This document shows, piece after piece, positions 20,674 through 29,089 of a stretch of DNA of 64,000 bases. The DNA comes from an uncultured Candidatus Saccharibacteria bacterium. Its GTDB lineage: Bacteria; Patescibacteriota; Minisyncoccia; Phycocordibacterales; UBA918. The position numbers were made by a program, and so were the translations under genes. The DNA lies in assembly GCA_964402035.1 (NCBI GenBank), contig CAYOAM010000001.1:307558-371557 (forward strand), read 5' to 3'. Each line of letters begins with the position of its first letter. Positions within the stretch are counted from its first letter, which is position 1. A model generated the notes under the pieces. It saw nothing but the letters and a program-made list of their open reading frames with translations. It searched no databases and was not told the origin of the DNA.

Positions 20674-21171
20674 CTACGTCAAATAACTATCAAAATATAT
20701 GGCGTGACACGTATAGCCACCAGGATTTTTTTGTAAGTAGTCTTGATGATAGTTTTCAGCGGGCCAAAAACGAGTTAGTGGCTCAAGTGTGGTCACGACC
20801 GGATCCTGCCATCGTCCGGATTCGTTCACAATATCAATAAAGTTTTCAGCCTCTTTCTTTTCAGTATCGTCGGCATAGAAAATCGCAGATCGATACGAGG
20901 TACCACGATCATTCCCCTGCCGATTGAGTGTCGTAGGATTGTGAATCTGAAAAAAGAAATCCAGTACTTGCTTGTATGAAATAATCGCAGGGTCATAGGT
21001 CACTTCGAGAGCCTCTGCATGCCCTTGATGGTTCTCGTAGGTAGGATTGCCATTCGTACCGCCGCAATATCCTGTTTCTGTGTCGACAACGCCCTTTAGA
21101 TCACGGAAAAGATCCTCGAGTCCCCAAAAACACCCTCCTGCTAGTACCGCTTTTTTTAGGGCTGTCTCCAT
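20674..21171 (-). CDS. msrA: Peptide-methionine (S)-S-oxide reductase
   Basis: [22 protein letters not shown] and AENYHQDY; start at METAL, 6 nt after TATAAT. Confidence 0.97.
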   Translation of the reverse strand: METALKKAVLAGGCFWGLEDLFRDLKGVVDTETGYCGGTNGNPTYENHQGHAEALEVTYDPAIISYKQVLDFFFQIHNPTTLNRQGNDRGTSYRSAIFYADDTEKKEAENFIDIVNESGRWQDPVVTTLEPLTRFWPAENYHQDYLQKNPGGYTCHAIYFDSYLT

Positions 21172-21218
21172 ATCAGCATTATACAACGCAGTATTACAAA
21201 CACCGTTTCATGATGACA

Positions 21219-22031
21219 CTACCACGTCTCTGCAAACAGTGAATCTTCTTCAGTAGCGGTTTCACCCCAGCAGATCTCAACTGGCTCACCAATGAGGTCT
21301 GCTAGATACTGCTCCGCATCGTGTTGATCACCAATGCGATCAATAAGTCCTTTTTCCAACGCCGCAGTTCCGAGCAACGAGTATCCATCCGCGAGTTCAG
21401 CTACTTTTTCACGAGGAATCTTTCTATTCTCCGCAATAGCATCCACAAAGTTATTGTGTATGACATCAATATCGCGTTGCAAAAGTGAACGTTCTTCTTC
21501 CGTCATCAGTCGACTTGGGTCACCGATATCTTTATACCGAGCTGATGTGATAGTAGAATACTCCACCCCTTCTTTTTTGTTTTTCTCTATCTCATTTACT
21601 ATTGGCAGTATGACTCCGATACTCCCCACATCACTATTTTTAGAAGCAAATATAATGTCTGCACCGGTAGCTACCCAGTAGGCCGCAGAAAGCCCACTCG
21701 AGCGTATGAGCGCTACCGCAGGTTTATCCAATCGTTGTATTGCATGCGCAATTTCTTCGGCAGCAACAGGCTGACCGCCGTTTGAATCAATATCAAGGAT
21801 TAATCCTCGAATGGTCTCATCATCCTTAGCTTCCTGTATGGCAGTCAACACATCATCCGAAATCGTCTGTGTCGTTCCCATACTGTGAGCAGTTGTAGTA
21901 ATAAGATCTCCATAGAGCGTTATGCCTCGAACGTTGCACAAGTCAGCAGAATCTAAAAAATATACAAACAGCACTGATACTCCAAGTATACCGGCAAATC
22001 CAAACACAATACCTCCTGCAATTTTAAACAT
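21219..22031 (-). CDS. sppA: Signal peptide peptidase, S49 family
   Basis: IDSNGG, SAAYWVA, VGSIGV and GLIDRIG motifs. Confidence 0.9.
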   Translation of the reverse strand: MFKIAGGIVFGFAGILGVSVLFVYFLDSADLCNVRGITLYGDLITTTAHSMGTTQTISDDVLTAIQEAKDDETIRGLILDIDSNGGQPVAAEEIAHAIQRLDKPAVALIRSSGLSAAYWVATGADIIFASKNSDVGSIGVILPIVNEIEKNKKEGVEYSTITSARYKDIGDPSRLMTEEERSLLQRDIDVIHNNFVDAIAENRKIPREKVAELADGYSLLGTAALEKGLIDRIGDQHDAEQYLADLIGEPVEICWGETATEEDSLFAETW

Positions 22032-22152
22032 ACAAGCAGTATAGCAGAACTACATTGGTGTGTAACAAGGCAACCGATTACTTCCCCACCACATATGTTC
22101 GACTTCCCTTTGTAACAACATAGGATTCATATCCTGCGTTGTTATTTCAGCA

Positions 22153-22308
22153 CTAAAGAATAACCGTTCTCATTTGCAGTGCTTCTTCGAGTATTGATTC
22201 TAATTGTCGATAGTCGGAGTCGGTATCAAAAATCTGGGCGCGTGCGTCAGCACGATTGATGACGTGATAGATGTGGTTACCAACATTGACTCTTTCGATC
22301 CGTAGCAT
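22153..22308 (-). pseudogene. Truncated REP-associated tyrosine transposase (RAYT / Y1 HUH family), N-terminal 51 aa only
   Basis: Manual translation MLRIERVNVGNHIYHVINRADARAQIFDTDSDYRQLESILEEALQMRTVIL* matches the YHVxNRxxxRxxIFxxxxDY N-terminus of Y1 transposases; stops before the HUH motif; TGnTATGCT box 6 nt upstream. Confidence 0.8.
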
Positions 22309-22344
22309 GCATATAGCATATCACCCGTTGCGGTTGTTTAATTT

Positions 22345-22420
22345 AATGGTGGCTGACCCCATTCTTTCATTCTTCCATTCTTTTGACCTCATTCTATGCC
22401 ATTCTCCATTCCCCATTCTC
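22345..22420 (-). repeat. REP-like motif (GGGGTCAGCCACC, 22348-22360) preceded by tandem GAATG partial repeats
   Basis: Minus strand reads GAGAATGGGGAATGGAGAATGGCATAGAATGAGGTCAAAAAGAATGGAAGAATGAAAGAATGGGGTCAGCCACCATT, ending ~40 bp upstream of the RAYT start. Confidence 0.65.
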
Positions 22421-22503
22421 CTCTTATTGCAAGGACAGAAAGGAAACTAAGATGATGTTTTTGCGTTCCTGGACATTCGTAAAGTCGCAAAAAGAGACAA
22501 AAC

Positions 22504-22575
22504 AATCGTAACTGTCCACATTCACTCAAGCGTTCACTGCCAAATGGGTAGTATGCAAAGAGGGTGGTGAGATAA
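22504..22575 (-). pseudogene. ~55-bp RHS-core remnant ending in a junction motif copy
   Basis: Encodes YLTTLFAYYPFGSERLSE (main RHS has YLTTLLAYYPFGSQRLDE), then AATGTGGACAGTTACGATT. Confidence 0.75.
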
Positions 22576-22774
22576 GCAATGCGCACAAAACCTTATCCGC
22601 TATTCTTGGTGATGCTAGTACAGCTGAAATTAGGCAACCTGTATGAACCCATCAGAGAGCGTAGAGAGTCTGGAGCACCTCACTCACTTCTACTCTATTG
22701 TACCTTAGTGACAAACCAAACATTATGCAGCAGTTAGTTCGGTTTTTGTGAGTAATTCTTATGAATTAGTGTGG

Positions 22775-23089
22775 TTATAATCCATCAACAGCAGTTGTTA
22801 CTTTTATGACAATGCCTTCACCATTAAAGTCTATACTGCAGTCAACTCCGTTTTGTAGAAGATATATATGCTTTTCGTCGCTCGAGCGCATATCGATATC
22901 CTGACCATCATTTAGTAACCCACTCATAATATGATCTACTTGATCTCTTTGCATACCCACCTTGATATCGTTACAACGCTGTCGTATATCACTCAACTCT
23001 GGATATACAGTGAGATAAATTATAAATATCAGAAAAATTATTATTGGTAATCCTACTGCCATTCCAATGTACTTAATAATTTTTTTCAT
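22775..23089 (-). CDS. Putative immunity protein for orphan toxin 3 (TM anchor plus SmpA/BamE-like domain)
   Basis: Starts 2 nt after the toxin stop; AT-rich; N-terminal TM followed by IKVGMQRDQVDHIM. Confidence 0.7.
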   Translation of the reverse strand: MKKIIKYIGMAVGLPIIIFLIFIIYLTVYPELSDIRQRCNDIKVGMQRDQVDHIMSGLLNDGQDIDMRSSDEKHIYLLQNGVDCSIDFNGEGIVIKVTTAVDGL

Positions 23090-23091
23090 AT

Positions 23092-24390
23092 TTAATCTTC
23101 TTCACGTTCACCAGAAAGTGTGTTTTTTAGACTGTTAAGTGCATTTGATAATTGACTCAATACTCTACTAAGAGCAGACGTTGCATTGGGGTCAATCGAC
23201 CTACCAAGACCTGCTGTATAGGCGTTGTCATTCAAGTTTGTTATCGAGTTGTTACCAACTCCAGATTGTGTGAGAAGATTTGTAGCAAAGTTATTACTAT
23301 TATGTTGTCCGCTGACATTCGGATTGCCAAAAACTGAGTATTTACCAACAACTTCTGGTGAACTATTGTAGCTATTTACTATGGATGCTTCAAATTCCTC
23401 CGAGGTCATCCCATCCGGGGGTTCAATAGTTTGAATACCGCTATATTGATCACGAGAAAGTCCAAAATCACTGCCGCGATTAACATCCTTGAATAAGTCC
23501 CCTGTAACAAAATTCTCTGTATACCCTCCTAGTGTGACTCTTGAGTAGTCATCAACCCCATCAATTCTTGGTAGTGCATTTGGATTGTCAGGAGTAATGA
23601 GTACAAACGAATGGGCACCAATTCCTCCAATTACCGCTACATCAATTGGTCTGCTTGCCAACTCTACTTTCTCACCTGTAGGATCAAAAAGTATAAGCGG
23701 ATTATTTCTCGCATACGAATAAGTGTTGAACTGTTGTGGGTCTAGCAAGAATTGATTAGGATTGTCACGACTCGCTGGATCCATCGATATCCATTTTCCA
23801 TAATTGCTGTTCAAGTATCTTGCTCCTGCATATGTAAGCTCAGTCTCAGGATCATAGTCATGCCCTGTATAGCGATTCGTTTGTGTAAAGGAACTGGAAG
23901 TGGTGGTACCTATGAATCGTATCTCATCTAAGTATACCGTCTGGGTGGTGGCAGATTCAATGTTAAGAGCGAGGGTATTGTTGTATGAGGAGATTCCAAG
24001 GTCGGAGAGTGGTATGGATACTTCTTGCCAGGTGTTGGTGAGGTATCCACTTGGGAGGTAGTTTTCAATAACGCGGTTTTGGATCACTTGACCAAGGTGG
24101 TTGGTGAAATAGATATCGAGCTCTCCGGTGTTCGTGCCCATATAGAGCCAGAATGAGAGGGTGCTGTATGGGGTGGTGTTGAAGGAGCTATGGGTATATG
24201 AGATACCTCCCCATGGAGATGTGTATTGGGCTTTGAGGCTGTGGGTACCTGCGTATGTGGTACTGGTGGAGTTTGTGAGGGTGACCGTCCATGATCCGTT
24301 GTCCGTCCATGGTGAGGTGAAGGAGTCTGCATAGATGTATGAAGAGATGGTGCTTTGACTTCCCCCTCCTTCACTGAGGCGTTCACTGCC
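23092..24390 (-). CDS. Orphan RHS C-terminal cassette 3 (core fragment plus tip with HSF...NSNNF, possible papain-like/NlpC-P60 fold)
   Basis: Homology to the main RHS starts ~24390 (GSERLSEGGG); internal ATG at 24141; NPLILFDPTGE cleavage motif; unique tip 23092-23670. Confidence 0.85.
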   Translation of the reverse strand, partial: GSERLSEGGGSQSTISSYIYADSFTSPWTDNGSWTVTLTNSTSTTYAGTHSLKAQYTSPWGGISYTHSSFNTTPYSTLSFWLYMGTNTGELDIYFTNHLGQVIQNRVIENYLPSGYLTNTWQEVSIPLSDLGISSYNNTLALNIESATTQTVYLDEIRFIGTTTSSSFTQTNRYTGHDYDPETELTYAGARYLNSNYGKWISMDPASRDNPNQFLLDPQQFNTYSYARNNPLILFDPTGEKVELASRPIDVAVIGGIGAHSFVLITPDNPNALPRIDGVDDYSRVTLGGYTENFVTGDLFKDVNRGSDFGLSRDQYSGIQTIEPPDGMTSEEFEASIVNSYNSSPEVVGKYSVFGNPNVSGQHNSNNFATNLLTQSGVGNNSITNLNDNAYTAGLGRSIDPNATSALSRVLSQLSNALNSLKNTLSGEREED

Positions 24391-24484
24391 TTGGAGCAGA
24401 TAATTCCTAATACTTCTCCTATGTATTTCGTTACTATTTCTTCTTGCATCTCTCAGGAACTAAAGGAATACGAGGTAATCAATG

Positions 24485-24700
24485 TTACTTGTCTTCGAGT
24501 CTAAATTTTACACCATGCTCATCCTTAGTCGCTCTTTCAAAAGCCAATTTCCACTCTTCCCAGAATGCTGGGTCGGCGGTTCCTCCATCTTGAAGAATTG
24601 ACATTCCGCCTAGCATCCCACCAATTTCACTTGACTTAGTCTTTTGGTAGTAATTTTCTAGGAAATAGAACATTGCTCTGTATGCTTCTTTTTCATTCAT
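24485..24700 (-). CDS. Putative cytoplasmic immunity protein for orphan toxin 2
   Basis: TAA-t-ATG coupling to the toxin; AYRAMFYFLENYY...TADPAFWEEW pattern typical of small toxin-adjacent immunity proteins. Confidence 0.75.
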   Translation of the reverse strand: MNEKEAYRAMFYFLENYYQKTKSSEIGGMLGGMSILQDGGTADPAFWEEWKLAFERATKDEHGVKFRLEDK

Positions 24701-24701
24701 A

Positions 24702-26159
24702 TTAATCTTGATCTTGATCTGATCTTGGTAATCGTCTTTGATGCACTGGTTCAGGAGCCGACAATCCTGTCTCAGAATTGAATGTTCTCGGAGTGACGTT
24801 TTGCCCTCCGTTTATGATTTGACCGTCTCTAGTCTGCACCCAAGTCTGACTACCATTTTTGTTTAATCTTGCCGACCAGGTATTTCCCCACTTATCAGAG
24901 CCAAGAGTAGTACTTGGATCATCTGCAACATTCTGCAGAAGCTGTCTATTCTGGGGAGTGTCAGCGAGATGCCCCACCTCGTCACGGAATATATGAGATA
25001 ACCTATTTTCAGGTATCAGGTGCCTTATGTCTGGCTTCCCATCCAAAGAACCGATTACAATACTAAATACTATTTTCTGGTTCTCAGAAAGACTATCATA
25101 ATTTTCTTGTCCAAACACATAGTACCCAACAGGGTTGGTACTCTGCGGAGCCAAAGCAGAGTCAAATGTTTCGTCTGGTGTATAGGCGTAGTTTGCGTCA
25201 TCAAGTGCCAAGCTGCCAAATACCGCCAGTGCAATGCTTACCAATATTGGCACTGGATTTTCACCATTATTATCGACGAATACTATCGGGTTGTTTCGAG
25301 AGTAACTATAGCTATTCAACTGTTGCGGGTCTCTCAAAAGAAAATGTTGTCGTATTCCTTTTGCCTCTAGCGAGTTAGCATCTCCAAGTAACAATGACAC
25401 CGGATCCTGCGCAGTGAACCGTCCTGTGTTTCCATCATAATACCTCGCACCCATGTACGTGAGACTTGTTTCTTCGTCATAGTCATGCCCGGTATATCGA
25501 TTGCTCTGTGTAAAGGAACTGGAAGTGGTGGTACCTATGAATCGTATCTCATCTAAGTATACCGTCTGGGTGGTGGCAGATTCAATGTTAAGAGCGAGGG
25601 TATTGTTGTATGAGGAGATTCCAAGGTCGGAGAGTGGTATGGATACTTCTTGCCAGGTGTTGGTGAGGTATCCACTTGGGAGGTAGTTTTCAATAACGCG
25701 GTTTTGGATCACTTGACCAAGGTGGTTGGTGAAATAGATATCGAGCTCTCCGGTGTTCGTGCCCATATAGAGCCAGAATGAGAGGGTGCTGTATGGGGTG
25801 GTGTTGAAGGAGCTATGGGTATATGAGATACCTCCCCATGGAGATGTGTATTGGGCTTTGAGGCTGTGGGTACCTGCGTATGTGGTACTGGTGGAGTTTG
25901 TGAGGGTGACCGTCCATGAGCCTGCGTCTGTCCATGGAGACTGCCAGCTGTCGGTGTATAGGTATGACGATGTGGTGGTGTCTCCTCCCCCTTCATCGAG
26001 ACGTTGGCTGCCGAAGGGATAGTATGCGAGGAGGGTGGTGAGGTATCCATCATCATCGGTTTGTGCTTGGGTGCTGCCGAGGTGGTCGAGGTGGGTGTGA
26101 TAGGTGCTTGCAGATCCGCCTGTGCCAGAGACTGATGCTATGAGGGTGTCACCTGCGTA
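24702..26159 (-). CDS. Orphan RHS C-terminal cassette 2 (core fragment plus putative nuclease-type tip)
   Basis: Open frame homologous to the main RHS from YAGDTLIASV (~26159) with no start codon until the internal ATG at 25766; NPIVFVDNNGE; tip SHIFRDEVGHLADTPQNR...WVQTRDGQIINGG. Confidence 0.85.
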   Translation of the reverse strand, partial: YAGDTLIASVSGTGGSASTYHTHLDHLGSTQAQTDDDGYLTTLLAYYPFGSQRLDEGGGDTTTSSYLYTDSWQSPWTDAGSWTVTLTNSTSTTYAGTHSLKAQYTSPWGGISYTHSSFNTTPYSTLSFWLYMGTNTGELDIYFTNHLGQVIQNRVIENYLPSGYLTNTWQEVSIPLSDLGISSYNNTLALNIESATTQTVYLDEIRFIGTTTSSSFTQSNRYTGHDYDEETSLTYMGARYYDGNTGRFTAQDPVSLLLGDANSLEAKGIRQHFLLRDPQQLNSYSYSRNNPIVFVDNNGENPVPILVSIALAVFGSLALDDANYAYTPDETFDSALAPQSTNPVGYYVFGQENYDSLSENQKIVFSIVIGSLDGKPDIRHLIPENRLSHIFRDEVGHLADTPQNRQLLQNVADDPSTTLGSDKWGNTWSARLNKNGSQTWVQTRDGQIINGGQNVTPRTFNSETGLSAPEPVHQRRLPRSDQDQD

Positions 26160-26167
26160 GAGAAAAA

Positions 26168-26180
26168 GGTACCTGACACC
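26168..26180 (-). repeat. Junction motif copy GGTGTCAGGTACC
   Basis: Lies between the Shedu stop and the start of RHS homology, which begins 7-11 nt downstream. Confidence 0.65.
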
Positions 26181-26211
26181 CTATTCCAAAAAGTGACACT
26201 TATTACTATTT

Positions 26212-27411
26212 TTATGAAGGAGACGGAATTGTTTCATTTTTTGAACTTTCTACAATAAACTTTGCACGTTCGTAAAGCTCATCATAAGTAATGATTTCAA
26301 TATTTCTGGAATCACGCCGAAAAAGTTCAAAGGTTTTTGCTTTGATTAAAGCTTCTTTATTTTCTCCTCCAAACTGCCTTGAATGACCAATAACCAAAAT
26401 GGCTTTTGGATCATAAGATTTTTGTTTAATTGGTTTCCCTATATCATCAAAGTGACTTGAAGGATCTGACTCTGCCTTAACTTGCAGACTAGCTTTTTGC
26501 TCCAGGATTTGCGACAACGCAGACGTTAAATCATCTGATAATTTCCAAGCATTTGAACGGTTTTTGTCTCTGCCATACAATTCCGTATCAGGTTTTTTCA
26601 ACTCAACTAAAACAGTAAACTTATTACACCCTAATAAGAAATCAGAAACTGCAGCTTCCTTACCAGACATATCGACTCCAGATACAGTCACCTCTCTTTG
26701 TAAAATAGAGAGGAATCTATAATCTAAACCATAACCAAAAATCCAATTATTTTCTTCAAAAAAATGTTGCCACGCAGCTTCTGCTCCAAGCTGTTTAATG
26801 TTGTTCTCTGTTTTATATTTATCGACATATCCATCTTCCTCTAATAATTTCCTAAATATTTCCAGCTTACTTTTTCGGTAGCCAATATTAACAATATCGT
26901 TTGAAGTAATTATTCCACTACTAAGTAGCTCCTCAATAATTTTGTGACCATCCTCTCTCATTAGTAGAGTAGTAATCTTCTTTTTTGTATCCTCATCAAT
27001 TGTAGGCAAGTTGTCTGTATTGAGTGAAATTTTTCGTTCGTTTATACTTCCAAGATCTAATGCAGATATCATCTGCATATAGCCGATTATTTGTTTAAAA
27101 AAACCATATGAGAATGTGATTTGTTCTTCTTGGGGTTCGTACCCAGTTTTCTTGTAGTACTTAAAACGTTTGACAGAAATACTTTTGATTTCGTTACTTT
27201 CTTTGATGAACGTAAAGGTTGTTTTAATCTTATTTCTTACTCGCTCGGGGTGCTCAAACTCAATTGCATCAGGAACTCCATTATCATCACTGGAGACGAC
27301 GGTAAAAAACTTTCCAGCACCATTTTTAAATTGATGCGTATATAGAGTATCTCGAACGTAATTATCAACGATTTCTGATTCAGTAGATTCTTCGTATTTA
27401 TGTAAACCCAT
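26212..27411 (-). CDS. Shedu-type anti-phage nuclease (DUF4263, PD-(D/E)XK)
   Basis: EAAWQHFFEENNWIFG, SDFLL, VLVELKKP, ALSQI and NIEIITYDEL motifs; AT-rich; start probably at MGLHK (ORF extends to 27504). Confidence 0.85.
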   Translation of the reverse strand: MGLHKYEESTESEIVDNYVRDTLYTHQFKNGAGKFFTVVSSDDNGVPDAIEFEHPERVRNKIKTTFTFIKESNEIKSISVKRFKYYKKTGYEPQEEQITFSYGFFKQIIGYMQMISALDLGSINERKISLNTDNLPTIDEDTKKKITTLLMREDGHKIIEELLSSGIITSNDIVNIGYRKSKLEIFRKLLEEDGYVDKYKTENNIKQLGAEAAWQHFFEENNWIFGYGLDYRFLSILQREVTVSGVDMSGKEAAVSDFLLGCNKFTVLVELKKPDTELYGRDKNRSNAWKLSDDLTSALSQILEQKASLQVKAESDPSSHFDDIGKPIKQKSYDPKAILVIGHSRQFGGENKEALIKAKTFELFRRDSRNIEIITYDELYERAKFIVESSKNETIPSPS

Positions 27412-27502
27412 ATTAGTACCTAGTATGCACCGATAAATTAGACTTTCAAAGTCTATCATTAACGTCTTACGCCGTATCGCAAAAGCACTGTTACTCGAAG
27501 GC

Positions 27503-27574
27503 ATTAATCATGACTGCCCCACTTTGTATTAACAAATTAGGAGTCAGGCACCTTAGTCACGATTATCTGACACA
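27503..27574. repeat. Cluster of overlapping junction motif copies in both orientations
   Basis: TGGGGCAGTCATGATTAAT (-, 27503-27521), GGAGTCAGGCACC (+, 27540-27552), AGTCACGATTA (+, 27555-27565), TGTGTCAGATAAT (-, 27562-27574). Confidence 0.6.
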
Positions 27575-27575
27575 A

Positions 27576-27938
27576 CTAGAGTAGATCAATTTCTGCTACA
27601 AGTGTTAACTCAAGATCTTCTACTTCAGCACTGGTCATTGCTTTTTGTTTATTTAAGAAACCTTCCTTGATAAGTAAGGGAACTATTCTTAGTATTGTAT
27701 CTCTACTCACATCCTTAATTATAAATTCATGTACATCAATACTTGAAAAGCCTTTTCTTTCTATCGAATCCTGTACTTCCTGAATGTGGCGATACGGCTG
27801 AATAGCAGACACATTGTAAAAAGAACCATCCAACTGGAGATAAAAGTCTCTCAAATTTTTTTGTTCGACCTCCCACTCAATTGCCGCGTCAGTATAACCA
27901 GTTGTATTCTTATGAAAGTATATCTTTAATTTTTTCAT
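27576..27938 (-). CDS. Putative immunity protein for orphan toxin 1
   Basis: Starts 3 nt after the toxin stop; small, AT-rich, soluble. Confidence 0.75.
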   Translation of the reverse strand: MKKLKIYFHKNTTGYTDAAIEWEVEQKNLRDFYLQLDGSFYNVSAIQPYRHIQEVQDSIERKGFSSIDVHEFIIKDVSRDTILRIVPLLIKEGFLNKQKAMTSAEVEDLELTLVAEIDLL

Positions 27939-27941
27939 GTA

Positions 27942-29086
27942 TCATCCTTCTATTTTTTTAGTCTTAATCTTTTCTAGCTCCGCTTGGAACTGCTTTGGCG
28001 TCAAGTTGCCGTTTGGTACTATTTCGTAATGATTTGGATTATCTCCTCGTTGGATAATTTTGAGAGTATCAGGTAGTGAAGTTATTTGATTGGCACCACC
28101 AAATTTCCCAAGACTTGAAGCGTCTGTATTTACAGAAATACCTCTAATATCAGCTACAAAACCATCAGCATCAATCTTGATTTCGTTTGGTTTTATACTG
28201 AATAGATTATTCCCTGAACCACCCCTAAACACAGGCACTAAGTTATCTCCATTCCTAACCAAAGAACCCACATTCGCCTTATTGCCAAACGCCATGAAAG
28301 CCAACTGTAGCGAGAGCTTCTGTGAAGGACTCATGTTGTCATAACCCGGCACCAAAGGATTAGTTCCCGATGGAACATTTGTTAGGTCGGTCGATTCAGC
28401 CGGCGAATACGCATAATTAACATCAGTTGCAAAATTAACAATACAAGCAAATGCAATCGCGAGTCCTAGCGGTAGGATATCACCTCCAGGGTCATACACA
28501 ATCATTGGATTATTACGTCCGTAGCTATATGTATTAAGCTGTTGCGGGTCTCTAAGTAAGAGTTCCAACGGTCGTCCATACTGTGATTCCCAAGTACGAG
28601 CTCCTAGATCAAGATTTGCCGGATCCATCGATATCCATTTTCCATAATTGCTGTTCAAGTATCTTGCTCCTGCATATGTAAGCTCAGTCTCAGGATCATA
28701 GTCATGCCCGGTATATCGATTGCTCTGTGTAAAAGAACTGGAAGTGGTGGTACCTATGAATCGTATCTCATCTAAGTATACCGTCTGTGCAGTAGCAGAT
28801 TCAATGTTAAGAGCAAGAGTGTTGTTGTATGCACTGATACCAAGGTCAGAGAGTGGTATCGAGACCTGTTGCCAGGTGTTGGTCTCAAAACCGAGAGGAA
28901 GATAGTCTTCAATGACACGATTTTGGATGACTTGACCAAGGTGATTGGTGAAGTATATATCAAGCTCTCCGGTGTTCGTGCCCATATAGAGCCAGAATGA
29001 GAGGGTGCTGTATGGAGTGGTGTTGAAGGATGATGGGTGTGTATATGAGATACCTCCCCATGGAGACGTGTATTGGGCTTTGAGGC
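27942..29086 (-). CDS. Orphan RHS C-terminal cassette 1 (core fragment plus Tse2-like ADP-ribosyltransferase-fold tip, tentative)
   Basis: Homology to the main RHS starts at 29086; internal ATG at 28985; NPMIVYDPGGD; tip VFRGG...RGISV...HYEIVP. Confidence 0.8.
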
Positions 29087-29089
29087 CGA

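Noticed and set aside
24084-24449. ORFs 24084..24449, 25709..26056 and 30414..30860 look like a repeated gene family
   Set aside because: They are alternative-frame readings of the repeated RHS core DNA.
24391-24484. Possible junction motif between immunity 2 and orphan 3 (GGAGCAGATAAT on +, AATAGTAACGA on -)
   Set aside because: The match to the consensus is too weak and the geometry is inconsistent, so it is counted as a junction without a motif.
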